A stretch of DNA of 63,989 nucleotides from an uncultured Gammaproteobacteria bacterium (lineage in GTDB: Bacteria; Pseudomonadota; Gammaproteobacteria; SZUA-229): positions 1 to 63,989 of the forward strand of contig CAVYHW010000075.1 of the NCBI GenBank assembly GCA_963768215.1, written 5' to 3'. Below are positions 8,797-18,681 of the stretch, piece by piece. Under the pieces are notes generated by a model. The model did not search any database and was not told the DNA's origin. It saw only the letters and a program-made list of their open reading frames with translations. The position numbers and the translations under genes were made by a program. The stretch's first letter is position 1, and each line of letters opens with the position of its first letter.

Positions 8797-10566
8797 TCAG
8801 AATCGCCAGACCTGAGGTACAACCAATATTGTTGTCAGTCCCACTAATATAGTCAAAGGGACTCCGATACGCAGGTAGTCAGAAAAACGATACCCTCCAA
8901 CACCGTAAACCATCAGGTTTGTTTGATAACCGATTGGGGTTGCGAAACTGGTGGAAGCGGCAATCATCAGCGTAATCACAAATGGCATCAAACTCACTCC
9001 CAGGCTGTCGGCTGTTGTAATTGCAATCGGGAACATAATAACTGCTGCAGCATTATTGGTTGCTACCGCCGACAGTAATGCGGTAACTGCAAACATCAAT
9101 GCCAGAGAAATACCTTTGCTACCACCGGCAAGTTCGATTAGGGAAACAGCGATGTTTTCTGCAGCGCCCGTGTTATGAAGCGCACTGCCAAGCCCGAATG
9201 AAGCAGCAATGACGATCAGAATCTGCCAGTCAACACTGCGTCTGGCTTCACGGCCCGTAGTACAGCGCATCAGAATCATCATTCCTGCTGCCAGCAGTGA
9301 TGCCTTCAACATTGTCAACCAGCCGGTCGCCACTGCTATCACCATCAGCGCCAGAATCATCATTGCCAGCATGGCTTTTTGATACTGTGGCGGTTTGGCA
9401 TCATCAATTTCGCTGACAAGAAAAAAGTCGCGAGAGTTACGCTGCTGCTCAGCGAATGAATGATGGGCTTCCAGCAGCAAGGTATCACCGGGGCGCAGAA
9501 CAATATCTCCGATTTTCTGCTGAACACGTTTGCCGTTGCGGGCCATGGCGATGATGACTGCATTATAGAAATTACGAAACTGCCCTTTACGGACACTTTT
9601 GCCAGCCAGTGGGCAACTATTAGAAACCACCGCTTCAACCAGCACCCGGTCCTGGCGTGAAGGGCTCAGCTTGTATATCTGGTTCGATGCCGGTGTTAGG
9701 CCCTGTGTTTTCTGTAGATCGACCACAGATTCTATGACGCCCGCAAAAACCAGCCTGTCACCATCTCGCAATATCTCGTAAGAAGATACCGCCGGCATTA
9801 TCTGTCCCTGGCGGTCGATTTCGATCAGGAACATTCCCGGTAACTGGCGAAGCCCGGCTTCTTCAATGGATTTGCCACTGAGCACGCTGCCTTTTTCTAC
9901 CAGCATCTCAACGGTGTATTCGCGGGCATCGTCATACCGGCTGATAGCAGGTAGTCGATCAGGCAGAAGCCATTTACTGCCAAGTAAGATAAAAGTAAAG
10001 ACAATCAGTATCACTGGAACACCGACCCAGGCGAGCTCGAGCATGTCCAGTCCGTCAGAGCCCGTTTCCCTGATCAACAGGCCGTTAACCACCAGATTGG
10101 TGCTGGTGCCGATGAGCGTACAGGTGCCACCGACAATACTGGCGTAACTCAGCGGGATCATCAGTTTCGAGACAGACAGGCTGTTGCGTTTGGCCCAGTC
10201 ACTGATTGCCGGGATAAACATCGCGACTACTGGCGTATTATTAAGAAATGCACTCATTGCGACCACCGGGGCCATCAGCCGAATTTGTGCGTGTGAAAGT
10301 GATTTAGGACGGCCCAGTACCGAGTGTACGATCCAGCCTATGCCGCCGGTCTCGCGCAGGCCAGCGACAACAACGTAGAGCACACCAACGGTCACCATAC
10401 CTTCGTTTGCAAGCCCTGACAGTGCCTGCTCGGGTGAAAGAACACCGGCTAACAGCAGCAGGGTAAGTCCCCCGACCATAACGATATCCGGTGAATATCG
10501 GGTCAGTGCCAACGTGGTAAAACACAAAGTGGTAACGCCAATTGAAAACCAGCCTTCCCAGCCCAT
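8797..10566 (-). CDS. SLC13/DASS-type anion permease with two central TrkA-C-like domains
   Basis: 589 aa. N- and C-terminal polytopic halves flank a soluble ~200-aa duplicated region (res ~210-390). The call is by architecture only. Confidence 0.65.
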   Translation of the reverse strand: MGWEGWFSIGVTTLCFTTLALTRYSPDIVMVGGLTLLLLAGVLSPEQALSGLANEGMVTVGVLYVVVAGLRETGGIGWIVHSVLGRPKSLSHAQIRLMAPVVAMSAFLNNTPVVAMFIPAISDWAKRNSLSVSKLMIPLSYASIVGGTCTLIGTSTNLVVNGLLIRETGSDGLDMLELAWVGVPVILIVFTFILLGSKWLLPDRLPAISRYDDAREYTVEMLVEKGSVLSGKSIEEAGLRQLPGMFLIEIDRQGQIMPAVSSYEILRDGDRLVFAGVIESVVDLQKTQGLTPASNQIYKLSPSRQDRVLVEAVVSNSCPLAGKSVRKGQFRNFYNAVIIAMARNGKRVQQKIGDIVLRPGDTLLLEAHHSFAEQQRNSRDFFLVSEIDDAKPPQYQKAMLAMMILALMVIAVATGWLTMLKASLLAAGMMILMRCTTGREARRSVDWQILIVIAASFGLGSALHNTGAAENIAVSLIELAGGSKGISLALMFAVTALLSAVATNNAAAVIMFPIAITTADSLGVSLMPFVITLMIAASTSFATPIGYQTNLMVYGVGGYRFSDYLRIGVPLTILVGLTTILVVPQVWRF

Positions 10567-10792
10567 ACAGTTAACCCTTTTTCTGCTTTTTATTATTCAC
10601 CAGGAATAGTACAAGCAAAGCTAAACGGTACAAATATGGTGAAATGCTATTCAATGGGATTCCATAAATTTAGCTAGCTTACTGTCAGGTGGTTTATTGA
10701 AGAACAGGGGGCGAGACGATAACATCAAAAAGATGATATTGCCTCGCCCCCTGTTTTTGTTGCTAAGCAGATATTCAGCTCATTTTACAATA

Positions 10793-13700
10793 CTACCATC
10801 CGCTGCTAGTGATTCTGTGACATCCGCTATTGCCACAATTCTTGTTTTGTTCTACCGTACCGCTGCTTCCGCCAATGTGTCTGCTTTCACTTCTGAAATC
10901 ATTTGCATGACAGGCAGCGCAGTAGGGTGCGTACTGGGAATAGGGCCACGCAAAATTACTGTTTATGCTATTGCCGTGGCAGGCGCTACATCCCGGGTCA
11001 TTTCTATGATCACCCGGGTAGTCACCGTTTGAGTCATGGCTGAAGATGTCAGGTGCCCAGCGTTCTGTTGAATGACACTCGTCACACTGTACATTGGTGC
11101 TTAGGTGACCTGATGGCTTGGAGGTCGCGCCGCCTGTATTGCTGTGACAGCTATCGCAGTTCCCGGCACTATTGGCATCGTGGGTCCAGGTGCCACCAAC
11201 GAAGGTTGCGGTTGTATGGCAGAAATGACAATCCAGGTCGGTTGCAACATGGTCGTTGTCCTTACCGGTCGCTGTCACCCCATGACAGGACTCACAATTG
11301 TTAGTGATGCCTGTGTGATCAAACGTCGCAGGTATAAAGCTTGAGGTGTTGTGACAAATACCACAATCCTGGTTGGTTACAACATGAGTGTCTGTTTTGC
11401 CTGTTGCGAAACCGGCGCCATGACACGACGAGCAGTTATTCACGATACCTGCATGATCAAAAGTTGCCGGTAAAAAGCCTGTGGTCTGATGGCAGTTACT
11501 GCAATCTTTGTTGGTTGGCACGTGGTTAGGTGTAGGGGCTTTGCCTGTGGCGATAATGCCATCATGGCACGTTGCACAGCTATTCACGATGCCCTGGTGA
11601 TCGAACCTGGCGCCAGCAAACGCAGTGGTGTTATGGCACACAGAGCAATCCTCGTTGGTAGGAGCATGGGTTGGGTTGGTCTTGGCATCTTTGCCGGTTG
11701 CCGCAATACCATTGTGGCATGATTCACAGTTATTCACGATGCCGGTATGATCAAACACTGCGGTAGCAAAGGTGCCGGGTACGTGACAGAGGCCGCAATC
11801 CTCGTTTGTTACAACATGACCATTATTTTTACCGGTTGCATTGACACCGTTATGACAGTTATCACACCTTTGGCTCAACACTTCCGGGCTGGTATGGTCG
11901 ACAAATGCATCGGCGAAATTAACGGTGTTATGACATACACCACAGTCCTCATTTGTGTTTTGATGAGTTGGCGTATTTGTTGCTCCTCTGGCTCCAACCG
12001 CAACATTGTTCACACTGCCGTCATGGCAGGAGGCGCAATTAGCGGTGATGCCCGTGTGGGCAAAAATTGAAGGGGTGAAAGAAGTATTTGTGTGGCAATC
12101 GCCACAATCCTGGTTCGTCGGCAGATGGCTTGCTGCCTTGACAACATTAGGATTACCGTTAGCCGTCGGCAGGAATGGACTGCTATGGCAGCCTTCACAA
12201 CCCTGGGTAAGACCGGGGTGTACATTACTCATAAAGATTGATGAAGCAAAGCCGCCAATACTTGTGTCATTGTGACACTGGCTGCACTCAGTCTGTGCTG
12301 GGATGTGATTAACCGCTTTGGGCGTAGCGATACCTGTATTATGGCAGGATGCGCAGTCATTAGGGTCTATGCCCAGATGGTTAAATGTTATACCCGCAAA
12401 AGTGACAAAATTGTTGGTGGCGTGACATGACGAACAATCCAGGTTGGTCGGTAGATGGTTCAGAGATTTTCCTTTGCTGATATTACCGTCATGGCATGAT
12501 GCACAATTACTGGTATTTATGCCCACGTGGTTAAATGCTGCACCGGCAAAGGTTGTGGTGGTGTGGCAATCGGCACAATCCTGGTTGTCCGGATTGGTTG
12601 GTATGTGATTTTCAAGTTTACCCACACTGATCACATTGTTGTGACATGAATCGCAGCTACCCACAAAAGAAGGGCCAGTATGGCCAAAGGTGCCAGTGCT
12701 AAAGGTACCTGGAGTATGGCATTCACCACAATCCTCATCGGTCGGCATGTGCTCGTAGATCCCAAGGATGGTTAGAGGTTTGCCGCTTGCCGAACCAGTG
12801 CCGTTAGCAACATGACAGTTATCGCAGCGTTGTGCCAGTACATCAGGGTCGCTGTGGTCGATGATGAATGCAGGAATAAAACTTTCGGTGTTATGACACG
12901 ATCCACAATCGGCGCTGGTTGTTGGGTGGTTAACCGCAGATGACTTGGTGGGCGCGTTAATACTGGTGCTATCATTGTGGCATGATTCACACGGTTGTAC
13001 CGTTGGATCAACCAGGCTGTGGTTGAAAATACCACCGGGTAGTTTGAAAGTCACGATGCTATGGCAGACGTCGCAATCGACGTTTGTTGACGTTGTGTCC
13101 GGATGGCCGACAGTTTGACCCGATGCCGAACCAGTACCATCAGCAGCATGACAGGAATCACAGGTTATGCCCGGACCCACAACAGAAGGGCCAGTGTGGT
13201 CCGGGTAGGCATCCTTAAAAGTCACAGTGGTATGACAGTAGCCGCATTCATGGTCGGTGTCCGGGTGGGTGCCGGGTGGAGTGTCAGCGATTGTGGGCGT
13301 CATGCCAGTGGCCACGGTACCGTTATGGCATCCTGAACATAATCTGGAAAGATTCGTGTGATCGAAGCTGCCGTCAGCGTTTAGTTCCAGAAAGCTGGTG
13401 GTATTGTGGCAGTCATCGCAAGCGGCGTCTGTTGGCTGATGAAATATGGATTTACCGACGACCTTTATTCCGTCATGGCATTCATCGCAATTCCCAAAAA
13501 CTTCCTGATGATCAATAAAAGAGGGAGATGCAAAATCAAAAGTTGAATGGCAGGACTGACATAGATTTGAGGTAGCCAGGTGGGTAGCTATTTTAGTACC
13601 AACCACCACGTAATCACCACTGTGACAATTAGTACAATTAGATGAAAAATTTTGATGTATAACCGGCCCCGTAGGCTCACCAGCCTGGACAATGGCAACA

Positions 13701-14089
13701 GTACGCTGACTAGTAACACCGCTGGCGCTGACCACCAGCTGTATTCTGTATGTCCCTTTCACATCAGCAATAAAACTGGGGTTCACGGTTGTTGAATTTT
13801 GTAATTGAGCGTTGCTGCCATGAGGTATAGAGGTAAAGGACCATTCATAGGCCAGTGCCTCATTTGTCGAGGCGCTGGAGTAACTGCCATCCAGAATTGC
13901 AGTCTCACCCACGCCTAATGTAATAATCGGGCCAGGTTGGACGTTCAATAATAGTGTCGAAGACGGTGTTACACCTGTAGATGTTCCTGAGTCTCCACCT
14001 GAGCCCCCGCTTGAGCATCCGACGGTAATTGCAGTTAGTACGAATATAAAAAAGTAACTAATTAACGCGCGTTGCGGCCCTTGTTTCAT
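10793..14089 (-). CDS. Giant multiheme c-type cytochrome lipoprotein with 36 CXXCH and 1 CX4CH
   Basis: The ORF track gives 10793-14104 from a TTG start. An ATG at 14089 (MKQGPQR...) has a GAGG 9 nt upstream. The lipobox is LTAITVG/CSSGG. An Ig/PKD-like domain is followed by ~18 tandem diheme modules. Confidence 0.9.
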   Translation of the reverse strand: MKQGPQRALISYFFIFVLTAITVGCSSGGSGGDSGTSTGVTPSSTLLLNVQPGPIITLGVGETAILDGSYSSASTNEALAYEWSFTSIPHGSNAQLQNSTTVNPSFIADVKGTYRIQLVVSASGVTSQRTVAIVQAGEPTGPVIHQNFSSNCTNCHSGDYVVVGTKIATHLATSNLCQSCHSTFDFASPSFIDHQEVFGNCDECHDGIKVVGKSIFHQPTDAACDDCHNTTSFLELNADGSFDHTNLSRLCSGCHNGTVATGMTPTIADTPPGTHPDTDHECGYCHTTVTFKDAYPDHTGPSVVGPGITCDSCHAADGTGSASGQTVGHPDTTSTNVDCDVCHSIVTFKLPGGIFNHSLVDPTVQPCESCHNDSTSINAPTKSSAVNHPTTSADCGSCHNTESFIPAFIIDHSDPDVLAQRCDNCHVANGTGSASGKPLTILGIYEHMPTDEDCGECHTPGTFSTGTFGHTGPSFVGSCDSCHNNVISVGKLENHIPTNPDNQDCADCHTTTTFAGAAFNHVGINTSNCASCHDGNISKGKSLNHLPTNLDCSSCHATNNFVTFAGITFNHLGIDPNDCASCHNTGIATPKAVNHIPAQTECSQCHNDTSIGGFASSIFMSNVHPGLTQGCEGCHSSPFLPTANGNPNVVKAASHLPTNQDCGDCHTNTSFTPSIFAHTGITANCASCHDGSVNNVAVGARGATNTPTHQNTNEDCGVCHNTVNFADAFVDHTSPEVLSQRCDNCHNGVNATGKNNGHVVTNEDCGLCHVPGTFATAVFDHTGIVNNCESCHNGIAATGKDAKTNPTHAPTNEDCSVCHNTTAFAGARFDHQGIVNSCATCHDGIIATGKAPTPNHVPTNKDCSNCHQTTGFLPATFDHAGIVNNCSSCHGAGFATGKTDTHVVTNQDCGICHNTSSFIPATFDHTGITNNCESCHGVTATGKDNDHVATDLDCHFCHTTATFVGGTWTHDANSAGNCDSCHSNTGGATSKPSGHLSTNVQCDECHSTERWAPDIFSHDSNGDYPGDHRNDPGCSACHGNSINSNFAWPYSQYAPYCAACHANDFRSESRHIGGSSGTVEQNKNCGNSGCHRITSSGW

Positions 14090-14610
14090 GATGGTTAGCC
14101 TCAAACATTAAGTTTTAAAAACTATTGTTTTCTTATTTGATTTTTGTGGTGCTTAAGAAGTGTAGAATTGCCAGACAGGTGTCAATACCAGCAAGTTAAG
14201 CACTATATATTTGAGGATCATTTGATTTTGTAGGTTAGAAATAATTCGGACCCAACCTGTTCTGCAGGCATCTAGTGCGAATAGTATCGCGGCTACAGAC
14301 CTAACTTGCTGAACATTGCCGAAAGTATAGTCCGTGATAAATAGTTTTGGTAAATCTGACGAAAAAAAAGCATAAAAGTTGAAATTTCAACTTTTACTGT
14401 GCTTTGCTGATGTTGCCTGCATATGAAACTTGCTGAGACCTTTTTTGTGGCCGCTTCTGTGACCTGATGTGACATCAGGGTGAGCATAAAATAACGGTTG
14501 TGAATAAATGAATTTCAAAATAATAGTCTAAATTTCAACATTTTCCCTGTGTTGCTGGAGTTACTTGCATTCGGTGCCTGCATCTGGAAAAACCAGATTT
14601 ATTTTCTCAT

Positions 14611-17331
14611 TTAATGCGCTTCATCCCAGTTATTGCCTGTACCAATATCCACCACCAGCGGCACCTTAAGTGTTGCTGCCTGTTCCATTTCCATCCTTAA
14701 CAGGGTTGCCAGCGCTTCAACATCTTTTTCCAGCACTTCAGCCACTAATTCATCATGCACCTGCATCACTACTTTTGCATCAAGCTGGCTGGTGGACAGG
14801 GCTCGGTCAACAGCAATCATCGCGCGTTTAATAATATCGGCAGCGGTTCCCTGCATCGGGGCATTAATGGCTGTTCGCTCAGCATACTGGCGCCGTTGCC
14901 CATTCTTTGAATTGATTTCCGGCAGATACAGGCGGCGACCAAACACGGTTTCGACATAACCCTGATCATGGGCCAGTTCACGTGTTTTTTCCATATACAT
15001 TTTCACGCCAGGGTAACGCGCGAAATACACATCGATGTATTCCTGCGCCTCGTAACGCCCGATATTCAGCTGCTTTGCCAGGCCAAAAGCAGACATGCCA
15101 TAAATCAGCCCAAAATTAATGGCTTTTGCCGCCCGGCGCTGATCAGCTTCCACATCATCCAGCGCCACACCAAATACTTCAGCGGCCGTTGCGCGATGTA
15201 CGTCAATACCATCAGCAAAGGCTTTGAGCAGGCTTTCATCTTCCGATAGATGCGCCATGATACGCAGCTCAACCTGTGAATAATCCGCCGCCAGCATTTT
15301 GTAACCTTTGGGGGCAATAAAAGCCTGCCGAATGCGCCGGCCTTCCTCACTGCGTATCGGGATGTTCTGTAAATTCGGGTCGGTCGAAGACAGTCGACCG
15401 GTGGCGGCAACTGTCTGATTATAGGAGGTATGTACACGACCGGTATTTTCATTGACCTGCAACGGCAGTTTGTCCGTGTAGGTCGATTTCAGCTTACTGA
15501 CACTGCGGTGCTCCAGTAGAATTTTTGGCAGGGCGTGGTCAATGGCCAGTTCCTGCAACACGTCTTCTGCGGTTGAGTATTGACCTGTTTTGGTCTTTTT
15601 CTTTGACGGTATTTTGAGTTTTTCAAACAGAATGGCGCTTAATTGTTTTGGCGAGGCAAGATTAAACGTTTCACCGGCTTCATCATAAGCCTGCTGTTCG
15701 AGTTCTTTCATGCGTTCAGCTAGCAGTTTGCTCTGTTTTTGTAGCATCGGCACATCAACCAGTACGCCTTTGCGTTCAATGTTGAGCAGCACATTAAGTA
15801 ACGGTAATTCGATTTCCTGGTAGACACTTTTAAGTTTTGGCTCTTTATCCAGTTCGGCACTTAACTTGTGATGGATTTGCAGCGTGATATCAGCGTCTTC
15901 TGCTGCATAAGGCCCGGCCTGCTCAAGAGCGATCAGATTGAAAGTCAGTTGTTTAGCGCCTTTGCCGGCAATATCTTCAAAATGAATGGTGGTATGGCCT
16001 AATAAACGCAGCGCCAGATCGTCCATGCCATGACGTTTGGTAGAGTCCAGTACGTAAGATTCCAGCATCGAATCCTGTGCAATCCCCCTAAGCGCTATGC
16101 CATGATTGGCCAGCACATGCGCGTCATATTTCAGGTTCTGTCCAATTTTCTTTTTGTTTTCATCTTCCAGTAGCGGCTTTATCGCGCCCAGTACATCCCG
16201 CTCACTCAACTGCTCAGGCGCATCCAGGTAGTCGTGTGCGAATGGCACGTAAGCTGCCTCACCTGCTTCGATGGCAAATGACACACCAACGGCCCTGGCT
16301 TTCATATAGTCCAGGCTGGTGGTTTCGGTATCAAAGGCAAATTGCTCAGCATTGCTGAGTCTATTTAGCCAGTTTTCCAGGGATTGTTTATCCAGTACGG
16401 TTTGGTAACGGGTTTCGGGCATGGCGTCGTGTGAATGGTTGCCAGCTGTCTGAATTCCCGCTGCTTCGCTACCATCGATAGATAAATTAGCCAGCCAGGA
16501 TTTGAATTCCAGATCGGTATAAATCTGTCTGAGTTTATCGATCTGTGGTGGCCGCATGACCAGGTTGGTAATGTCCTGTTCAAGTTCAACATCGCATTTA
16601 ATCGTGGCGAGTTTGCGAGACAATAACAACTGGTCCAGGTTCTCTCGCAGGTATTCTCCTACCTTGCCTTTAATTTCATCTGCATGTGCTATCAGGCTGT
16701 CCACTGTTTCATATTGTTGTAACCATTTTGCTGCTGTTTTTGGGCCTACCTTGGGCACGCCCGGGATGTTATCTGAGGTGTCACCCACCAAAGCCAGGTA
16801 ATCAATAATCGCACTGGCCGGCACATCAAATTTCTGCTTCACACCGGCTTCATCCATCAGCACATTGTTCATGGTGTTGATTAAGGAGATATGTGGGTTT
16901 ACCAGTTGCGCCAGGTCTTTATCGCCGGTAGAAATCAGCACGTCTATTTTCTGATTAGTAGCCTGTCTGGCGTAGGTGCCGATGACGTCGTCCGCCTCAA
17001 CATCCGGTACAATAATTATTGGGTAGCCCAGCGCTTCAACCAGCTCATGTAAAGGGGCGATTTGAACTCTTAAGTCATCAGGCATCGGCGGGCGGTTCGC
17101 CTTGTAATCAGGGTACATGTCATTGCGAAAGGTTTTACCTTTGGCATCAAATACCACCGCTATGTGCTCAGGTTTATAGTCTGCAACCAGTTTATTGAGC
17201 ATATTAATTACCCCGTAAACCGCGCCTGTTGGCTGGCCTTTACTGTTAGTCAAAGGTGGCAGGGCATGGAAAGCGCGAAACAGGTAGGAAGAACCATCTA
17301 CCAGAACGAGTGGCGGTTTTTTTTCAGTCAT
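14611..17331 (-). CDS. polA: DNA polymerase I
   Basis: 906 aa with a 5'-nuclease N-terminus, a 3'-5' exonuclease domain and Pol A motifs (ADYSQVELRIMAH, QVHDELV). Confidence 0.97.
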   Translation of the reverse strand: MTEKKPPLVLVDGSSYLFRAFHALPPLTNSKGQPTGAVYGVINMLNKLVADYKPEHIAVVFDAKGKTFRNDMYPDYKANRPPMPDDLRVQIAPLHELVEALGYPIIIVPDVEADDVIGTYARQATNQKIDVLISTGDKDLAQLVNPHISLINTMNNVLMDEAGVKQKFDVPASAIIDYLALVGDTSDNIPGVPKVGPKTAAKWLQQYETVDSLIAHADEIKGKVGEYLRENLDQLLLSRKLATIKCDVELEQDITNLVMRPPQIDKLRQIYTDLEFKSWLANLSIDGSEAAGIQTAGNHSHDAMPETRYQTVLDKQSLENWLNRLSNAEQFAFDTETTSLDYMKARAVGVSFAIEAGEAAYVPFAHDYLDAPEQLSERDVLGAIKPLLEDENKKKIGQNLKYDAHVLANHGIALRGIAQDSMLESYVLDSTKRHGMDDLALRLLGHTTIHFEDIAGKGAKQLTFNLIALEQAGPYAAEDADITLQIHHKLSAELDKEPKLKSVYQEIELPLLNVLLNIERKGVLVDVPMLQKQSKLLAERMKELEQQAYDEAGETFNLASPKQLSAILFEKLKIPSKKKTKTGQYSTAEDVLQELAIDHALPKILLEHRSVSKLKSTYTDKLPLQVNENTGRVHTSYNQTVAATGRLSSTDPNLQNIPIRSEEGRRIRQAFIAPKGYKMLAADYSQVELRIMAHLSEDESLLKAFADGIDVHRATAAEVFGVALDDVEADQRRAAKAINFGLIYGMSAFGLAKQLNIGRYEAQEYIDVYFARYPGVKMYMEKTRELAHDQGYVETVFGRRLYLPEINSKNGQRRQYAERTAINAPMQGTAADIIKRAMIAVDRALSTSQLDAKVVMQVHDELVAEVLEKDVEALATLLRMEMEQAATLKVPLVVDIGTGNNWDEAH

Positions 17332-17460
17332 CAGGTGTCACAGCTCTTTGGCCTGGTTATTGTGCAGAGCACAGATTATCGCAAACCATGTGGTGCTTTA
17401 ATAGTGAATAATTAACTTCATGTTTTTATTGATCACTGGTGCAGTCGGTTTGGGACTGAT

Positions 17461-17558
17461 GGTGTGGCCTGTTGATTTTTCAGGCTTCTGCAACTGGACG
17501 TTGCAGTAGAGCTTACATGGACGTATTTACGCGCCCTGAAAAATCAACAGGCCACGCC
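17461..17558. repeat. 98-bp hairpin repeat, family A copy 1
   Basis: The terminal inverted repeats are ggtgtggcctgttgatttttcagg / cctgaaaaatcaacaggccacgcc. The core cttctgcaactggacgttgcagtagagcttacatggacgtatttacgcg is shared, in reverse orientation, with 40430-40529. Confidence 0.85.
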
Positions 17559-17697
17559 ATTAGAAACAACAACTGAATCAGCATATTATTTTAATCTTTA
17601 ATGTGTTTCACAGACTGACGTTTTTTAAATCCCGGATATACGGTAAAATTGCGATCTTTGTCAATTTGCGTGATTGCATATTCACCCCTGATATCTT

Positions 17698-18672
17698 ATG
17701 TCTGTTTATACCACTATCGAAGAGGAAGAGCTAATAGCCTTCCTTTCAAATTATAATGTTGGTCAACTGCTGGATTATCAGGGCATCAGTGATGGTATCG
17801 AAAACACCAATTATTTTATAAACACCACGGGTGGCTCTTTTGTATTAACTATTTTTGAGCAACACAGCTTTGAAGAGATGCAGTATTACCTGGGCCTGAT
17901 GCATCATCTCGCAGAGCATGAAGTTTCCAGTGCAGACCCGGTTGCTGATAATCAAGGTCGGTATTTAAACCATTTTAAAAATAAACCTATCGCCCTGGTT
18001 GAAAGACTGGATGGTCGCAGCATTACAGAAACCAGCGTTTCACATTGTGAGCAACTCGGAGCGGCAATGGGTAAAATGCATACCGCCGGGTTAAGTTTTG
18101 AAACCAGGCAGACCAATCCTCGAGGACCTGCCTGGTGTCAGCAGACAGCGCTGAAAGTTCTTAAAAAAATTTCAGCAGGTGAGCAGGATATGCTCGAACT
18201 GGAGGTGCATTATCAGAGAGAAAAACGGCACGCCGAGCTGCCTCGGGGTGTTATTCATGCCGACCTGTTTCGTGATAATGCGCTGTGGACAGGTAGTGAA
18301 AGCAAACAAGATAGTTTAAGTGGTATTATCGATTTTTATTATTCCTGTGATGATGTTTTACTGTATGACCTTGCCGTTGCAGCCAACGACTGGTGCTGTA
18401 ATGAGGACTTTAGTTTAAACAGGGACAAGGTCATTGCACTGCTTACTCATTATAATAATTTCAGGCCACTGGTTGATAATGAACAGCAGTACTGGCCGGC
18501 AATGTTGCGAGCGGGCGCTTTACGTTTCTGGCTGTCACGACTGTATGACAAACATTTTCCTCGCCCAGGCGAACTGGTGCATACAAAAAACCCGGATGAA
18601 TTTAAAGCGATACTGGCTGACCGGGTTGAACATAGTGATGACTATTTTAATTACTGGCCCGTTTTAAGCTGA
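17698..18672 (+). CDS. thrB: Homoserine kinase, APH-fold (ThrB type II)
   Basis: 324 aa with the N-terminus MSVYTTI...GIENTNYF and the catalytic loop IHADLFRDN. It is adjacent to polA, as in pseudomonads. Confidence 0.85.
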   Translation: MSVYTTIEEEELIAFLSNYNVGQLLDYQGISDGIENTNYFINTTGGSFVLTIFEQHSFEEMQYYLGLMHHLAEHEVSSADPVADNQGRYLNHFKNKPIALVERLDGRSITETSVSHCEQLGAAMGKMHTAGLSFETRQTNPRGPAWCQQTALKVLKKISAGEQDMLELEVHYQREKRHAELPRGVIHADLFRDNALWTGSESKQDSLSGIIDFYYSCDDVLLYDLAVAANDWCCNEDFSLNRDKVIALLTHYNNFRPLVDNEQQYWPAMLRAGALRFWLSRLYDKHFPRPGELVHTKNPDEFKAILADRVEHSDDYFNYWPVLS

Positions 18673-18681
18673 TGTTCAAAA

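Noticed and set aside
10697-13518. A series of 60-110 aa plus-strand ORFs (10697-11032, 11053-11304, 11747-12070, 13103-13336 and others) antisense to the giant cytochrome gene
   Set aside because: They lie wholly inside a 3.3-kb ORF with strong protein signal (36 heme motifs). Their sequences are low-complexity (Cys/His codons read in reverse) and they lack start contexts. They are shadow ORFs.
14375-14396. Perfect 22-bp AT-rich palindrome aaaagttgaaatttcaactttt, with related aaatttcaac copies at 14510-14545, upstream of the cytochrome gene. I considered it as an FNR/CRP-type operator or as the polA terminator.
   Set aside because: The half-site spacing (TTGAA-N2-TTCAA) does not fit FNR (TTGAT-N4-ATCAA) or CRP. 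As a terminator the stem is all A/T, and the T-run is 4 nt away. I cannot support either call.
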